From positions 38,688,001-38,752,000 of the forward strand of contig OZ024755.1 in the NCBI GenBank assembly GCA_964016885.1: a stretch of 64,000 bases of DNA, read 5' to 3'. The number at the start of each line of letters is the position of its first letter. Position 1 is the stretch's first letter. The translations under genes and the position numbers were made by a program. The notes under the pieces are model-generated. The model was not told where the DNA came from. It made no database searches and was given only the letters and a program-made list of their open reading frames with translations. Source of the stretch: Eledone cirrhosa. Its lineage: Eukaryota. Positions 13,770 to 27,925 of the stretch are shown here, in pieces.

Positions 13770-16700
13770 TGTATGTTTCTCTTTCTTTTAATTTTGAGTA
13801 CATTTTTGACCGGCCACCTTCCTGGTAGCAAGGTTGTAAAAGAAAAGAAATTGTCATCCCTTGAATCACAAGAATGAGTTGCAAATTTTGAAGGTGCCAG
13901 ATATCGCAGCCATTTGTAGTCTATGAATTAGGGAGCTGCGCTCTCTGTCCACAAATCCAAGTTCAGTCATACTGTGGCCCAAGCGGGTTGGTATATAATC
14001 TGTAGCTCCAATAATGATGGGTATGAAGCTGAAGATGCATCTTGGATACTGGATCTTCAAGCTCCTCATCAACGGTTCGTAGATGTCCTCTTCATTTGTT
14101 TTTAATTTTGTTTTCCTAAGTGCGTTCTAGAAGGGTCTAGCTATGACATCGTATCTCATAGGAAGGTAGTAGCGAGACGACATTCTTTCACAGTTGGCAA
14201 TAATGTGGCTAACATTTTTAATCTTTGTTTTACAAAGTCTATATTTATTGTCGACTGATGGCCCTCCTCTTTTGTGTAGTAGATATTTGGTAGGGATTTC
14301 TTGTTCCTGTATTGCATTGAGATATCCTTCAAGGTGGGATGTTATAAACTTGTCGGAACTCCATGCCAGGCTTTTTGAATGATTTATCCCCTCTATGGTC
14401 TGTGTTTTTCGTCTTAGGTACCCATGAACAACTTTCTCTGAAAATTGGTCCATTTTCTTTTCTTGTTCGAACATTGAATAGAATCTTCCAATGTTCTTGG
14501 AAGAGAGTTTTATATCAGGCCTTATTCCATGTTTCTCTTCCAGATCAGTGGCTATCCTAACCAGTAATACACTGGATAATTGCTGGCCTTGTGCCAAAAG
14601 TAGAAACAATTATTTCCTTCATGCTCATAAACCTGGGCAAGAAGGCTGCTGACCTTTTTCTTCTGCTAAAGATGTTGTTGCTTCAGTGTTACTATTTGGG
14701 TCTCGTATGATGTTAATATGGATTTTAGACCCCGGCCACCTTCCTTGCGTGAGAAGTATAGCCTATCCACATCACCATTGATGTTAAAGTTTCCAGTAAC
14801 ACTGAGAAGCTTGCGAGTTCTTACATCCATCTCACTTAGTTCCTGCAGTGACCAGTTCAGCAGGCCAAATGTTGGCGTTAAGATTGGCACGGCATAAGTA
14901 TGGTGGGCAATGTATTTGTTGTACGCTGATAGTTCTGATGACCATATTTTCTTTACTCTCCTGGGGTATTCAGTTCTGGTTCTCGTCTTATTTATGGGTC
15001 CATCATATCTGACATGCTTATCCTGTCCAAGATATCTGTGGTTGTCACCTGACTGTATTGTCAAGCCATTCATCTCTAGATTTCCAGAGTAGGGCACAAC
15101 CCTTCCACGTTTTACTGTCAAATATGCACATTTGGACTCACCAAATTTAATTCTGATGTCTGCAGAAATTTGTGTAATGAGGACCAATTGTTTTTTTAAA
15201 TATAGTTGATATTTGCCCATACAACTTCAGGTCATCAACAAAGAAAAGATGGGAGACACTTCTGGACTCACTTCCATCACCACTTTGTTTTGTGAGCAGG
15301 TATGATAGTGGATTTAGCGAAAGGACGTAGAACAGCACTGATAAGCTATCACCCTGAAAGATGCCTTTCTGGTAGTGTATTGTATCAGTCTTAATTTGCT
15401 CCTTCTCAACCCTAAGGATCAAATTGGTGTACCAGCTATTGGTCAGGCGTTCGACAGCAGCTACTAGTGGTTGTGGGACTTTGGTTAACTGTAAAACCTT
15501 AATAATCCACCCATGAAGTACATTATCAAAAGCTTTCTGATAGTCCAGCCACATCCCAGTCATGTTCCTGCGATTCTTTGCTGTTTTTTCCTGTATCATT
15601 TTATTTGTTAGTAGATGATCTAAGCAGCCCCACACCCCTTCTTTCCACCAGCTTGCTCAGGTGTTATAATGTTGTTGGAGGCACAATGATCCTGTAAGAA
15701 CAGATTAAGGCACCCAGTGTATAATTTATACAGGAAGTTCTGGCAGGCTATTGTGTAGTAATTTTTAGCAAGGGTGGTCTGGCTATTTGGGGGGATGAGG
15801 AGAGTAGTAGCAGTTGATAACCATTGGGACAGTTCTTGTGTACCTTTGATGGTTTCTCTAAACACCGTATGAGACCTTGCCGATAGAAGGTGAAATTCTT
15901 CAACCAGTATCCTGTTATGAGGTCTGGGCCTGGTGATTTCCTATTCGACATTTTCTGCAGAGCTGTTTCCAGTATTGACCCATCTATGTCATATTGATTT
16001 GTCTGGACATGCTGGCAGTATTCCTGTTCCAGTTCTTTTAGCCATTTAGTTTGTTTGCTAAATCCGTCATTTGTTTTCCATTCAGATCTCCAGTCGCTCT
16101 CAGCCTGTAAATGATACCTTTTGTAGGGGTGTCATTTACAGAGATTGAGCTTTTCCTATTGAAGCTGCGATAAACTGATTTATGATCTCTGGCAAATAAT
16201 CTTTTTAGCACTTGCCGTTTATGTGCTATTGACTTATATTTTAGTCTTTCTGCTGCAGCTGTGAGTTGTTGTTTCAACTGGTGTAGTTTGGAGTCTAGAG
16301 TTTTAAATCTTGTATCTCCAAATCGCTTCTCTAGTGTTTTTCTTACGTCTTCCTGATGTGTGAAGTTGCTCTCTATGTTGCATTTTATAACTACAGTGGT
16401 GCGATACTTCGTCTCAAGACAACATTTTGTGTTTTAAATTACGCATCCACACTGGTTCAGGCTTTCTGTTTGTATCTTGGTTGCGTGGTTTTACTTGTTT
16501 ATGATAGGATAGTAATGTAATAGCTGAAACATATAACAAAATATTAAGCAAATCATATGTCGTTTCCACACCTTTGGATTGTGTGGCCTTCAGATAATTG
16601 TCAGCTATTTCGTTTACTGCTTCCAATTCCAATTTAGTGGGTTCTTTACTTATTCTCACATTAAAGCTGTGTATCTCTTGAAACATATCATCTCATATCA

Positions 16701-17110
16701 TTTGTAATGTGTCCACAAGTTTTTGGTGTTCTGTTTGTACAGTAGAATTATGGATCTCAGCTATGTTATTGGTGTGCTGTTTACTGCTAGATTTAGCTGA
16801 CCATTCTCTCTGTCTGTCAATGGAAGTGAGATGATTGTCTTCGATGGCTGTCTTTATAGTGTCACTCAGTTGCGTTAGATGTATCAATTTACATCTAATT
16901 ATACATTTTGCCTGTTCATTTAAATGTTTTTTTGGAAAAGTCTAATTCTGGGTGTTTGGAGTTCCACAAAGTTTTTAGCCTCTGCATAAAACCGAACTTT
17001 TGGGGGTCAGATTGTTCATATAAATTGTTGTTAAGATCGTAGCTCCATTGTATACAATTGTTGTAGTTGCGATTTGGTCGAAGGAGACTTATACGTTTTG
17101 CCATGATGAA
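13770..17110 (-). mobile_element. Second RLE-type (R4/Dong-like) LINE, near full-length but decayed
   Basis: KSPGPDLITGYWLK, WLDYQKAFD, GIFQGDSLS, HLFFVDDLKLY, DRLYFSRKEGGRGL, C-terminal IPIIIGA; short (TACA) tail near 13770. Confidence 0.88.
14555..14612 (+). mobile_element. SINE family 1, 3' fragment inserted in the LINE
   Basis: ccagtaatacactggataattgctggccttgtgccaaaagtagaaacaatt. Confidence 0.8.
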
Positions 17111-17664
17111 TTCGCCTATTCACAAATATTTAGCATTTATTTTTCAAAATAGACGATGATCTTCTTTAAAAGTTTCGACAAAGTTTAGTCAGAATTAAAT
17201 TTAAAGTTGTTCACATCTTGGGTAATATTTCCTTTCAGGTAGTTTTTAATCCTACAACTGTATTTTAAACTGTATTTTAAACTGTATTTTAAGCGTTTAT
17301 ATTTAGCATTTTCATTTTGTTTTTGTCGGTGAATCGTTTTGTAACATTACTTAGTATATTTCTTTATGTTGTAATAGAACAACACTGTATTTATATGTTA
17401 AAATCTATGTAACGTTTATATGTTAAAGTCTATGTAACGTTTATATGTTAAAGTCTATGTATTGTTCATATAAATAGATGTGTTGCAATATATTTACAGT
17501 TCAAACACTTATGTTACATTGTATGTAATCTTACCGCTATATGTAGCTCAACTTTTCCAATATATGGTATGTTGTCTTCATATAAGCCGTAATTACATAC
17601 GTCCAATCATTGGCCTGACCGAAATTTATATATGCATGCATATATGTCTATGTATGTATGTATG

Positions 17665-17693
<29 letters not shown>

Positions 17694-17695
<2 letters not shown>

Positions 17696-17900
17696 CCCAA
17701 CCAAGCTTGCTTGGTGAGGAGGGTGATTTTGGACACCTTGCGGGATGAAAAACAAAATCCGTCAGAGGGCGGAGAAACTCAGGAGAGTCAACAGCCATCT
17801 AATAAAGTTGTTTTTTTTTGTCGAGCGAGAGACTCCTAGTCTTCATTAAGACATCTCACCAGGAGAAGGTCACTCTGATATAAAACCTGCAAATTCGTTT
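17694..17900 (+). mobile_element. Probable 5' UTR fragment of an RTE-type LINE
   Basis: aggagaaggtcactctgatataaaacc resembles RTE 5' leader motifs from memory; not verified. Confidence 0.35.
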
Positions 17901-18473
17901 ACATCCAATGGTGTAGACCAGTTCTTCTTTTTGAGTAAATACATTCAATGTTCAGAGAGTGGAATTGGCCCCGTGTAAAGCTGTTCCTCACTTAAAAATG
18001 CTTCAAGTACAGGCTTCGCTTGATATGTGACATATTTTTACGATGCATGGTATTGCTGGCCATAGGCAAGTCCCTAGCTGGACTAAAATGCCAGCCACGT
18101 CCGTGATGCTCATGCTTAAGTGTCAAGTAAGTACAATATGCCATGTTAGTTGTTCCGTTTTACCGCGCTTTGATTTCAAATCTTGCTGCGCTAAACTTTG
18201 TCTTTCATCCGTTCGAGGTTGTCAAATAAAGTAGAAATGCAGTTCTGGGTTTCATTCTTCTTGTATGTCCTCTCTGAAAGATAACACCTTTATTCAGGCA
18301 TAGAAACAAAAGAGAAGCACTGGCTTTCAAATGCCGAAATATGTCCGGAGTGTGTCCTTAACATTGCACCAGATGAAGAGAATGAGGCAACATGAAATAA
18401 AGGGTTTTGCTCCAAGTACCCTATTGACTAAGCCAATTTCCTTTACAGATTCACTTACAAATACACCACACAT

Positions 18474-18546
<73 letters not shown>

Positions 18547-18599
18547 GACCTTTTAGATTAGATATCATTATGAGACTTTTCAATCAGAGATACCTACCA

Positions 18600-19795
18600 T
18601 GTCAGAAATTAATGCAACTTTTAAAACATTATCTTTGAAACGACATATCTCACTCCAGAATCAACTTTATTGATCGAAATAAAAACCATTACAATTTACA
18701 TTTATTTGCCATCAACCTTAAAGTTTATTTATTCCATTAACATACAATTCTGAAGTTCTGAAGCAATGAATTCTTAGAAGGCATTTTTTGCAGCTGTTTG
18801 GTGATTGAAGACTTTTCCTGGCAAGAATTTGTCGAAATACTTGGAAAACCGGAATTTAGTTAGTGAAAGACCCTGTGGGTATCCTGGATGAAGCAAAGTT
18901 TCGTGGGTTAATTCTTTTAACTTCTGGAGCGTTAGTTGAGCGATGTGTGAACGAACGGTTTCGTGCATGAGGACTGAACATTTCCATTGACCAATGCTGG
19001 TCACATCTGCTGTAATATTTTATGTATTTCATCGATTTTGTAACAATAATTCTCTATTGCGATTGTTTCACAAGGATTCAGAAAGCTTTTTTGAAGCACT
19101 TTCAGCCTTGGGAAATGTTTAGGAGGTTCACCTCAGTCCAACCCATCTGCTAAACGTTGGCAGTTTTATAGGATCTGATTTTAATCACACGGCACATTGC
19201 AATCAAGGAATGGGTCCTTTTTGTTGCAAAAGAAGCGAGGAGCCGATTTCATAACCGATTCTTTTTAGTTTTCATTCTATTAGTGTGGCACCCATTTATC
19301 ATGCTTCTTCGATTTTCCAGTTTGGTGCAAATGTTCGGAAATTGTTCCAATGCTTGTTTCCTGTTCTGCAAGCTCTCAAACAGTTGGGCAAGGATTTGCT
19401 TCCACCAAAACATTCAAATCATTGTCATCAATGGAAGAAGGATATACACAATCTTCATTATTTTCAAAAGTGAATTCGCTACGACGGAGGTTTTGAACCA
19501 ATATACTGACTCCAAACTTCATTGCTGTTTCTAGCTGTTTGTGCTGCACTGCAGCCAAGTTTAAACTAATAGCAATAAATTTGGCGAAAACCCTGTTTTG
19601 ACATCTTAATTTCAAAGATCGGGAAATTGACAAAAATACAATTATATTTTGTAAACAGATTAGATAGAACGAAAGAGCATGACACAGTTGGAAAATGAAA
19701 CTGGATTTTACAGACATTGCGTCAGATTTTCCTCTGTATAAGGTGTTGAAACAACTAATACATAAAACCTGTTTTAATTCCTAACAACCTAATAT
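18600..19795 (-). mobile_element. Decayed mariner transposon
   Basis: HETVRSHIAQLTLQKLKEL...LLHPGYPQGLS (degenerate HDNARPH / HPPYSPDL); TIR-like tattaggttg at the right end. Confidence 0.85.
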
Positions 19796-20039
19796 AATGA
19801 CGCTATACAGAATAGTTTAATAAAAGGTTAAAGCCTGTCTCGAAAAATGGCGATTCATCAAACGAAAGCTTATCTCGGTTTTGATGGTTTTAACACGACA
19901 TTCGTACCAGGAATCAAACTCACAACATTACACTCTTACCAACATGGCCATGCAGAATAGAAACAGTGTTTATTACAAACAAGTTAGATCTAATTATAAA
20001 AAATATTCAATGAGACATGATATATATTTCTACATAATA

Positions 20040-20182
20040 CTGCCGGATATCCTTTACGTTCTGAGATCAAATCTCGCCGAAGATAACTTTGCCTTTCATC
20101 CTTACGGGGTCGATAAAATAAAGTACCAGTAATGTATTGGGATAATTGTTGGCCTTGTGCCAAAAGGTAGAAACAATTATTA
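20040..20182 (+). mobile_element. SINE family 1, 5'-truncated
   Basis: B-box remnant, core and tail. Confidence 0.85.
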
Positions 20183-20489
20183 TGAGCATATTTAAAACTT
20201 ATCATAATCAAACAAGTTTTATCCAATACAACAAAATATAAGGTTGTTTTTTTTTACTACTTTTATGAAGCCTCAACGATTTAAGCATGTTTTACGCCTA
20301 CCTGTCTAGAAGATGGACAGGGTACTTTATAAGCCCCGACCTACCCAGTCACGTGAAGTTACTAAACTACTTTAACTGATATCCACATAAGTTTCAACAA
20401 TTGCTGTAAATATACAATTAAGTATTTAACTCACTCCTATATATCGACTCAAGTTGCTTCTGGCTACTGTCACTATGGTTTCGATAAAT

Positions 20490-20852
20490 TCCACACACAC
20501 ACACACACATACACGCACACACATATACACGCGCACATACACGCACACATATACACACACACATACACACACGCACATACACGCACACACATATACACAC
20601 GCACATACACGCACACACATATACACACGCACACACACACATACACGCACACACATACACACACATACACGCACACACACTCACGCGCGCACACACACTC
20701 ACGCGCGCGCACACACACGCATTGACATACGCACACATGCACACATACCCCCCCCCCGCATCGCACATACACACACACACACACACACACATACCTACAT
20801 ATACACACGCACATACACACACATACACGCACACACATGCACACACATACAA

Positions 20853-20887
<35 letters not shown>
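20490..20887. repeat. (CA)n-derived microsatellite
   Basis: Direct reading. Confidence 0.9.
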
Positions 20888-21108
20888 ATGTGTATAAAAT
20901 CCTATGATTTATCGAGTCTATTGGATGATTTCGATATTTGAAATGTGGAAATCCCAACTCAGAAAGCAATTATAACATCAATCGGCCGCTATAAATAATC
21001 ATTTTCTAAAGATATTATAATATATAGCTATCGACTATATATGGAGACAATAAAGTCAAGTGACAATAACGTTGTATTAAAATTGACAGGGAGATAGACA
21101 TTTGATAT

Positions 21109-24100
21109 CTTCCACCTTACCTTTCTCACACGGTGTTGACAATATTTCTAGTAGCTTCATCCTTACCTTTCTCACACAGTGATGACAATATTTCTAGTAG
21201 CTTCCACCTTACCTTTCTCACACAGTGATGACAATATTTCTAGTAGCTTCATCCTTACCTTTCTCACACAGTGTTGACAATATTTCTAGTAGCTTCCTCC
21301 TTACCTTTCTCACACAGTGATGACAATATTTCTAGTAGCTTCCACCTTACCTTTCTCACACAGTGTTGACAATATTTCTAGTAGCTTTCGCCCTACCTTT
21401 CTCACACAGTGTTGACAATATTTCTAGTAGCTTCCACCTTATCTTTCTCACACAGTGTTGACAATATTTCTAGTAGCTTCCGCCCTACCTTTCTCACACA
21501 GTGTTGACAATATGTCTAGTAGCTTCCACCTTACCTTTCTCACACAGTGTTGACAATATTTCTAGTAGCTTCCGCCCTACCTTTCTCACACAGTGCTGAC
21601 AATATTTCTAGTAGCTTCCGCCCTACCTTTCTCACACAGTGTTGACAATATTTCTAGTAGCTTCCTCCCTACCTTTCTCACACAGTGTTGACAATATGTC
21701 TAGTAGCTTCCGCCCTACCTTTCTCACACAGTGTTGACAATATTTCTAGTAGCTTCCACCATACCTTTCTCACACAGTGTTGACAATATTTCTAGTAGCT
21801 TCCACCTTATCTTTCTCACACAGTGTTGACAATATTTCTAGTAGCTTCCGCCCTACCTTTCTCACACGGTGTTGACAATATTTCTAGTAGCTTCCACCTT
21901 ATCTTTCTCACACAGTGTTGACAATATTTCTAGTAGCTTCCGCCCTACCTTTCTCACACGGTGTTGACAATATTTCTAGTAGCTTCCACCTTATCTTTCT
22001 CACACAGTGTTGACAATATTTCTAGTAGCTTCCGCCCTACCTTTCTCACACGGTATTGACAATATTTCTAGTAGCTTCCACCTTATCTTTCTCACACAGT
22101 GTTGACAATATTTCTAGTAGCTTCCGCCCTACCTTTCTCACACGGTGTTGACAATATTTCTAGTAGCTTCCACCTTATCTTTCTCACACAGTGTTGACAA
22201 TATTTCTAGTAGCTTCCGCCCTACCTTTCTCACACGGTGTTGACAATATTTCTAGTAGCTTCCACCTTATCTTTCTCACACAGTGTTGACAATATTTCTA
22301 GTAGCTTCCGCCCTACCTTTCTCACACAGTGTTGACAATATTTCTAGTAGCTTCCGCCCTACCTTTCTCACACAGTGTTGACAATATTTCTAGTAGCTTC
22401 CGCCCTACCTTTCTCACACGGTGTTGACAATATTTCTAGTAGCTTCCACCTTATCTTTCTCACACAGTGTTGACAATATTTCTAGTAGCTTCCGCCCTAC
22501 CTTTCTCACACAGTGTTGACAATATTTCTAGTAGCTTCCTCCCTACCTTTCTCACACAGTGTTGACAATATTTCTAGTAGCTTCCACCTTACCTTTCTCT
22601 CACAGTGTTAACAATATTTCTAGTAGCTTCCTCCTTACCTTTCTCACACAGTGTTGACAATATTTCTAGTAGCTTCCTCCCTACCTTTCTCACACAGTGT
22701 TAACAATATTTCTAGTAGCCTCCGCCCTACCTTTCTCACACAGTGTTGACAATATTTCTAGTAACTTCCGCCCTACCTTTCTCACACAGTGTTGACAATA
22801 TTTCTAGTAACTTCCGCCCTACCTTTCTCACACAGTGTTGACAATATTTCTAGTAGCTTCCACCTTACCTTTCTCACACAGTGTTGACAATATTTCTAGT
22901 AACTTCCGCCCTACCTTTCTCACACAGTGTTGACAATATTTCTAGTAGCTTCCACCTTACCTTTCTCACACAGTGTTGACAATATTTCTAGTAGCTTCCA
23001 CCTTACCTTTCTCACACAGTGTTGACAATATTTCTAGTAGCTTCCACCTTACCTTTCTTACACAGTGTTGACAATATTTCTAGTAGCTTCCTCCTTACCT
23101 TTCTCACACAGTGTTGACAATATTTCTAGTAGCTTCCACCTTACCTTTCTCTCACAGTGTTAACAATATTTCTAGTAGCCTCCGCCCTACCTTTCTCACA
23201 CAGTGTTGACAATATTTCTAGTAACTTCCGCCCTACCTTTCTCACACAGTGTTGACAATATTTCTAGTAACTTCCGCCCTACCTTTCTCACACAGTGTTG
23301 ACAATATTTCTAGTAGCTTCCACCTTACCTTTCTCACACAGTGTTGACAATATTTCTAGTAACTTCCGCCCTACCTTTCTCACACAGTGTTGACAATATT
23401 TCTAGTAGCTTCCACCTTACCTTTCTCACACAGTGTTGACAATATTTCTAGTAGCTTCCACCTTACCTTTCTCACACAGTGTTGACAATATTTCTAGTAG
23501 CTTCCACCTTACCTTTCTTACACAGTGTTGACAATATTTCTAGTAGCTTCCTCCTTACCTTTCTCACACAGTGTTGACAATATTTCTAGTAGCTTCCACC
23601 TTACCTTTCTCACACAGTGTTGACAATATTTCTAGTAGCTTCCACCTTACCTTTCTCACACAGTGTTGACAATATTTCTCACAGTGTTGACAATATTTCT
23701 AGTAGCTTCCACCTTATCTTTCTCACACAGTGTTGACAATATTTCTAGTAGCTTCCACCTTACCTTTCTCACACAGTGTTGACAATATTTCTAGTAGCTT
23801 CCACCTTACCTTTCTCACACAGTGTTGACAATATTTCTCACAGTGTTGACAATATTTCTAGTAGCTTCCACCTTATCTTTCTCACACAGTGTTGACAATA
23901 TTTCTAGTAGCTTTCACCTTATCTTTCTCACACAGTGTTGACAATATTTCTAGTAGCTTCCTCCTTACCTTTCTCACACAATGTTGACAATATTTCTAGT
24001 AGCTTCCTCCTTACCTTTCTCACACAGTGTTGACAATATTTCTAGTAGCTTCCACCTTATCTTTCTCACACAGTGTTGACAATATTTCTAGTAGCTTCCA

Positions 24101-26486
24101 CCTTACCTTTCTCACACAATGTTGACAATATTTCTAGTAGCTTCCTCCTTACCTTTCTCACACAGTGTTGACAATATTTCTAGTAGCTTCCGCCCTACCT
24201 TTCTCACACAGTGTTGACAATATTTCTAGTAGCTTCCGCCCTACCTTTCTCACACAGTGCTGACAATATTTCTAGTAGCTTCCGCCCTACCTTTCTCTCA
24301 CAGTGTTGACAATATTTCTAGTAGCTTACACCCTACCTTTCTCACACAGTGTTGACAATATTTCTAGTAGCTTCCTCCTTACCTTTCTCACACAGTGTTG
24401 ACAATATTTCTAGTAGCTTCCGTCATACCTTTCTCACACAGTGTTGACAATATTTCTAGTAGCTTCCGCCCTACCTTTCTCTCACAGTGTTGACAATATT
24501 TCTAGTAGCTTACACCCTACCTTTCTCACACAGTGTTGACAATATTTCTAGTAGCTTCCTCCTTACCTTTCTCACACAGTGTTGACAATATTTCTAGTAG
24601 CTTCCGTCATACCTTTCTCACACAGTGTTGACAATATTTCTAGTAGCTTCCACCTTATCTTTCTCACACAGTGTTGACAATATTTCTAGTAGCTTCCACC
24701 TTACCTTTCTCACACAGTGTTGACAATATTTCTAGTAGCTTCCGTCATACCTTTCTCACACAATGTTGACAATATTTCTAGTAGCTTCCTCCTTACCTTT
24801 CTCACACAGTGTTGACAATATTTCTAGTAGCTTCCACCTTATCTTTCTCACACAGTGTTGACAATATTTCTAGTAGCTTCCACCTTACCTTTCTCACACA
24901 GTGTTGACAATATTTCTAGTAGCTTCCACCTTACCTTTCTTACACAGTGTTGACAATATTTCTAGTAGCTTCCTCCTTACCTTTCTCACACAGTGCTGAC
25001 AATATTTCTAGTAGCTTCCGCCCTACCTTTCTCACACAGTGTTGACAATATTTCTAGTAGCTTCCTCCTTACCTTTCTCACACAGTGTTGACAATATTTC
25101 TAGTAGCTTCCGTCATACCTTTCTCACACAATGTTGACAATATTTCTAGTAGCTTCCTCCTTACCTTTCTCACACAGTGTTGACAATATTTCTAGTAGCT
25201 TCCACCTTATCTTTCTCACACAGTGTTGACAATATTTCTAGTAGCTTCCACCTTACCTTTCTCACACAGTGCTGACAATATTTCTAGTAGCTTCCGCCCT
25301 ACCTTTCTCACACAGTGTTGACAATATTTCTAGTAGCTTCCTCCTTACCTTTCTCACACAGTGTTGACAATATTTCTAGTAGCTTCCGTCATACCTTTCT
25401 CACACAGTGTTGACAATATTTCTAGTAGCTTCCACCTTATCTTTCTCACACAGTGTTGACAATATTTCTAGTAGCTTCCACCTTACCTTTCTCACACAGT
25501 GTTGACAATATTTCTAGTAGCTTCCACCTTACCTTTCTCACACAGTGTTGACAATATTTCTAGTAACTTCCGCCCTACCTTTCTCACACAGTGTTGACAA
25601 TATTTCTAGTAACTTCCGCCCTACCTTTCTCACACAGTGTTGACAATATTTCTAGTAGCTTCCACCTTACCTTTCTTACACAGTGTTGACAATATTTCTA
25701 GTAGCTTCCTCCTTACCTTTCTCACACAGTGTTGACAATATTTCTAGTAGCTTCCACCTTATCTTTCTCACACAGTGTTGACAATATTTCTAGTAGCTTC
25801 CGCCCTACCTTTCTCACACAGTGTTGACAATATTTCTAGTAGCTTCCACCTTATCTTTCTCACACAGTGTTGACAATATTTCTAGTAACTTCCGCCCTAC
25901 CTTTCTCACACAGTGTTGACAATATTTCTAGTAGCTTCCGCCCTACCTTTCTCACACAGTGTTGACAATATTTCTAGTAGCTTCCACCTTATCTTTCTCA
26001 CACAGTGTTGACAATATTTCTAGTAACTTCCGCCCTACCTTTCTCACACAGTGTTGACAATATTTCTAGTAGCTTCCACCCTACCTTTCTCACACAGTGT
26101 TGACAATATTTCTAGTAGCTTCCTCCCTACCTTTCTCACACAGTGTTGACAATATTTCTAGTAGCTTCCACCTTACCTTTCTCACACAGTGTTGACAATA
26201 TTTCTAGTAGCTTCCACCCTACCTTTCTCACACAGTGTTGACAATATTTCTAGTAGCTTCCTCCCTACCTTTCTCACACAGTGTTGACAATATTTCTAGT
26301 AGCTTCCGCCCTACCTTTCTCACACAGTGTTGACAATATTTCTAGTAGCTTCCACCCTACCTTTCTCACACAGTGTTGACAATATTTCTAGTAGCTTCCG
26401 CCCTACCTTTCTCACACAGTGTTGACAATATTTCTAGTAGCTTCCGCCCTACCTTTCTCTCACAGTGTTGACAATATTTCTAGTAG
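21109..26486. repeat. 46-bp tandem satellite, ~117 units
   Basis: Unit ctttctcacacagtgttgacaatatttctagtagcttccaccttac; variation concentrated in the cc[a/g/t]cc[t/c]ta[c/t] segment. Confidence 0.97.
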
Positions 26487-26517
26487 TTAAGCAGTAGCTA
26501 TGTATTTGAACAATAAA

Positions 26518-26591
26518 TATTGGGTCGTCAAGTATGAAATTTGTAGAAATTTGTTTTTGTTTCTACAAATTTCATACTTGACGACCCAATA
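26518..26591. mobile_element. Tiny Tc1/mariner-type MITE (two TIRs plus 10-bp spacer, TA target duplication)
   Basis: TA-ttgggtcgtcaagtatgaaatttgtagaaa / tttctacaaatttcatacttgacgacccaa-TA; perfect inverted arms. Confidence 0.7.
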
Positions 26592-26599
26592 CAACATGT

Positions 26600-26744
26600 C
26601 TCGCTCTCTCTCTCAAACACACACACACTCTCTTTCTATCTCTCCATCTCTCTCAAACACACACACACTCTCTTTCTATCTCTCCATCTCTCTCAAACAC
26701 ACACACACTCTCTTTCTATCTCTCCATCTCACTATATATATATA

Positions 26745-26781
<37 letters not shown>

Positions 26782-26902
26782 GTGTATATATATATATATA
26801 TGTATGTGTGTGCATATTTGTCTGACTGGGTGTATTAATTTATTTATTTATTTATTTCTTTTATTTTATTTTATTATTTCTTTATTTTTATATATATGTA
26901 TA

Positions 26903-26947
<45 letters not shown>

Positions 26948-27241
26948 GTGTGTGTGTATGTATATGTATGTATGTATGTATGTGTATGTATATGAGTGTG
27001 TGTGTGTATGTGTGTGTATATATTTATATGTGTATATATATCTCTATTTATATATGTATATATGTGTATGTATATCCCTTTATTTATGTATGTCTGAGTT
27101 GTGTGAGCGTGTGGTTGTGTTTGTATGTGTATACGCATACATGGATGTGTATGTATGTGTATATATGCGTATATGTATGTGTGTATGAGTGTGTGTATAT
27201 ATGTATGTCTATGTATGAGTATATATATGTATGTATGTATA

Positions 27242-27272
<31 letters not shown>

Positions 27273-27554
27273 TATGTAGATAAATCTACCAAGAGTTTAC
27301 GGTAGTGTCCAATATATATATATATATATATATATTTATTATATGCGTGTGTGTATATATATATATCTTTGTGTATATGTGTATATATATATATCTTTGT
27401 GTATATGTGTATGTGTACATGTGTGTGTGTATGTGTGTATATATATATATATATATATGTATATGTATATATATATATATGTATATATATATATGTATAT
27501 ATATATATGTGTGGGTATGTATGTGTATATGTGTATATACATGAGTGTATTTAT

Positions 27555-27600
<46 letters not shown>

Positions 27601-27787
27601 TGTGAATGTATGTATATATGTATGTGTATATATATATATATATATATATGTGTGTATATATGTATATGTCTGTGTATTTATATGTATATATATGTGTCTC
27701 TATATGTATGCGCGTGTGTGTATGTGTATGTGTATATATATGGTGTGTGTATGTATATGTATGTGTATGTATGTGTTTATGTATGTG

Positions 27788-27836
<49 letters not shown>

Positions 27837-27862
27837 ATCGATGTATATTTTATATTTTACTT

Positions 27863-27923
<61 letters not shown>

Positions 27924-27925
27924 CT
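26600..27925. repeat. Mixed (CT)/(TA)/(TG) microsatellite region
   Basis: Direct reading; three ~38-bp repeats at 26600-26730. Confidence 0.9.

Noticed and set aside
21109-26486. CRISPR array
   Set aside because: No unique spacers; contiguous 46-bp units with a few recurring variants.
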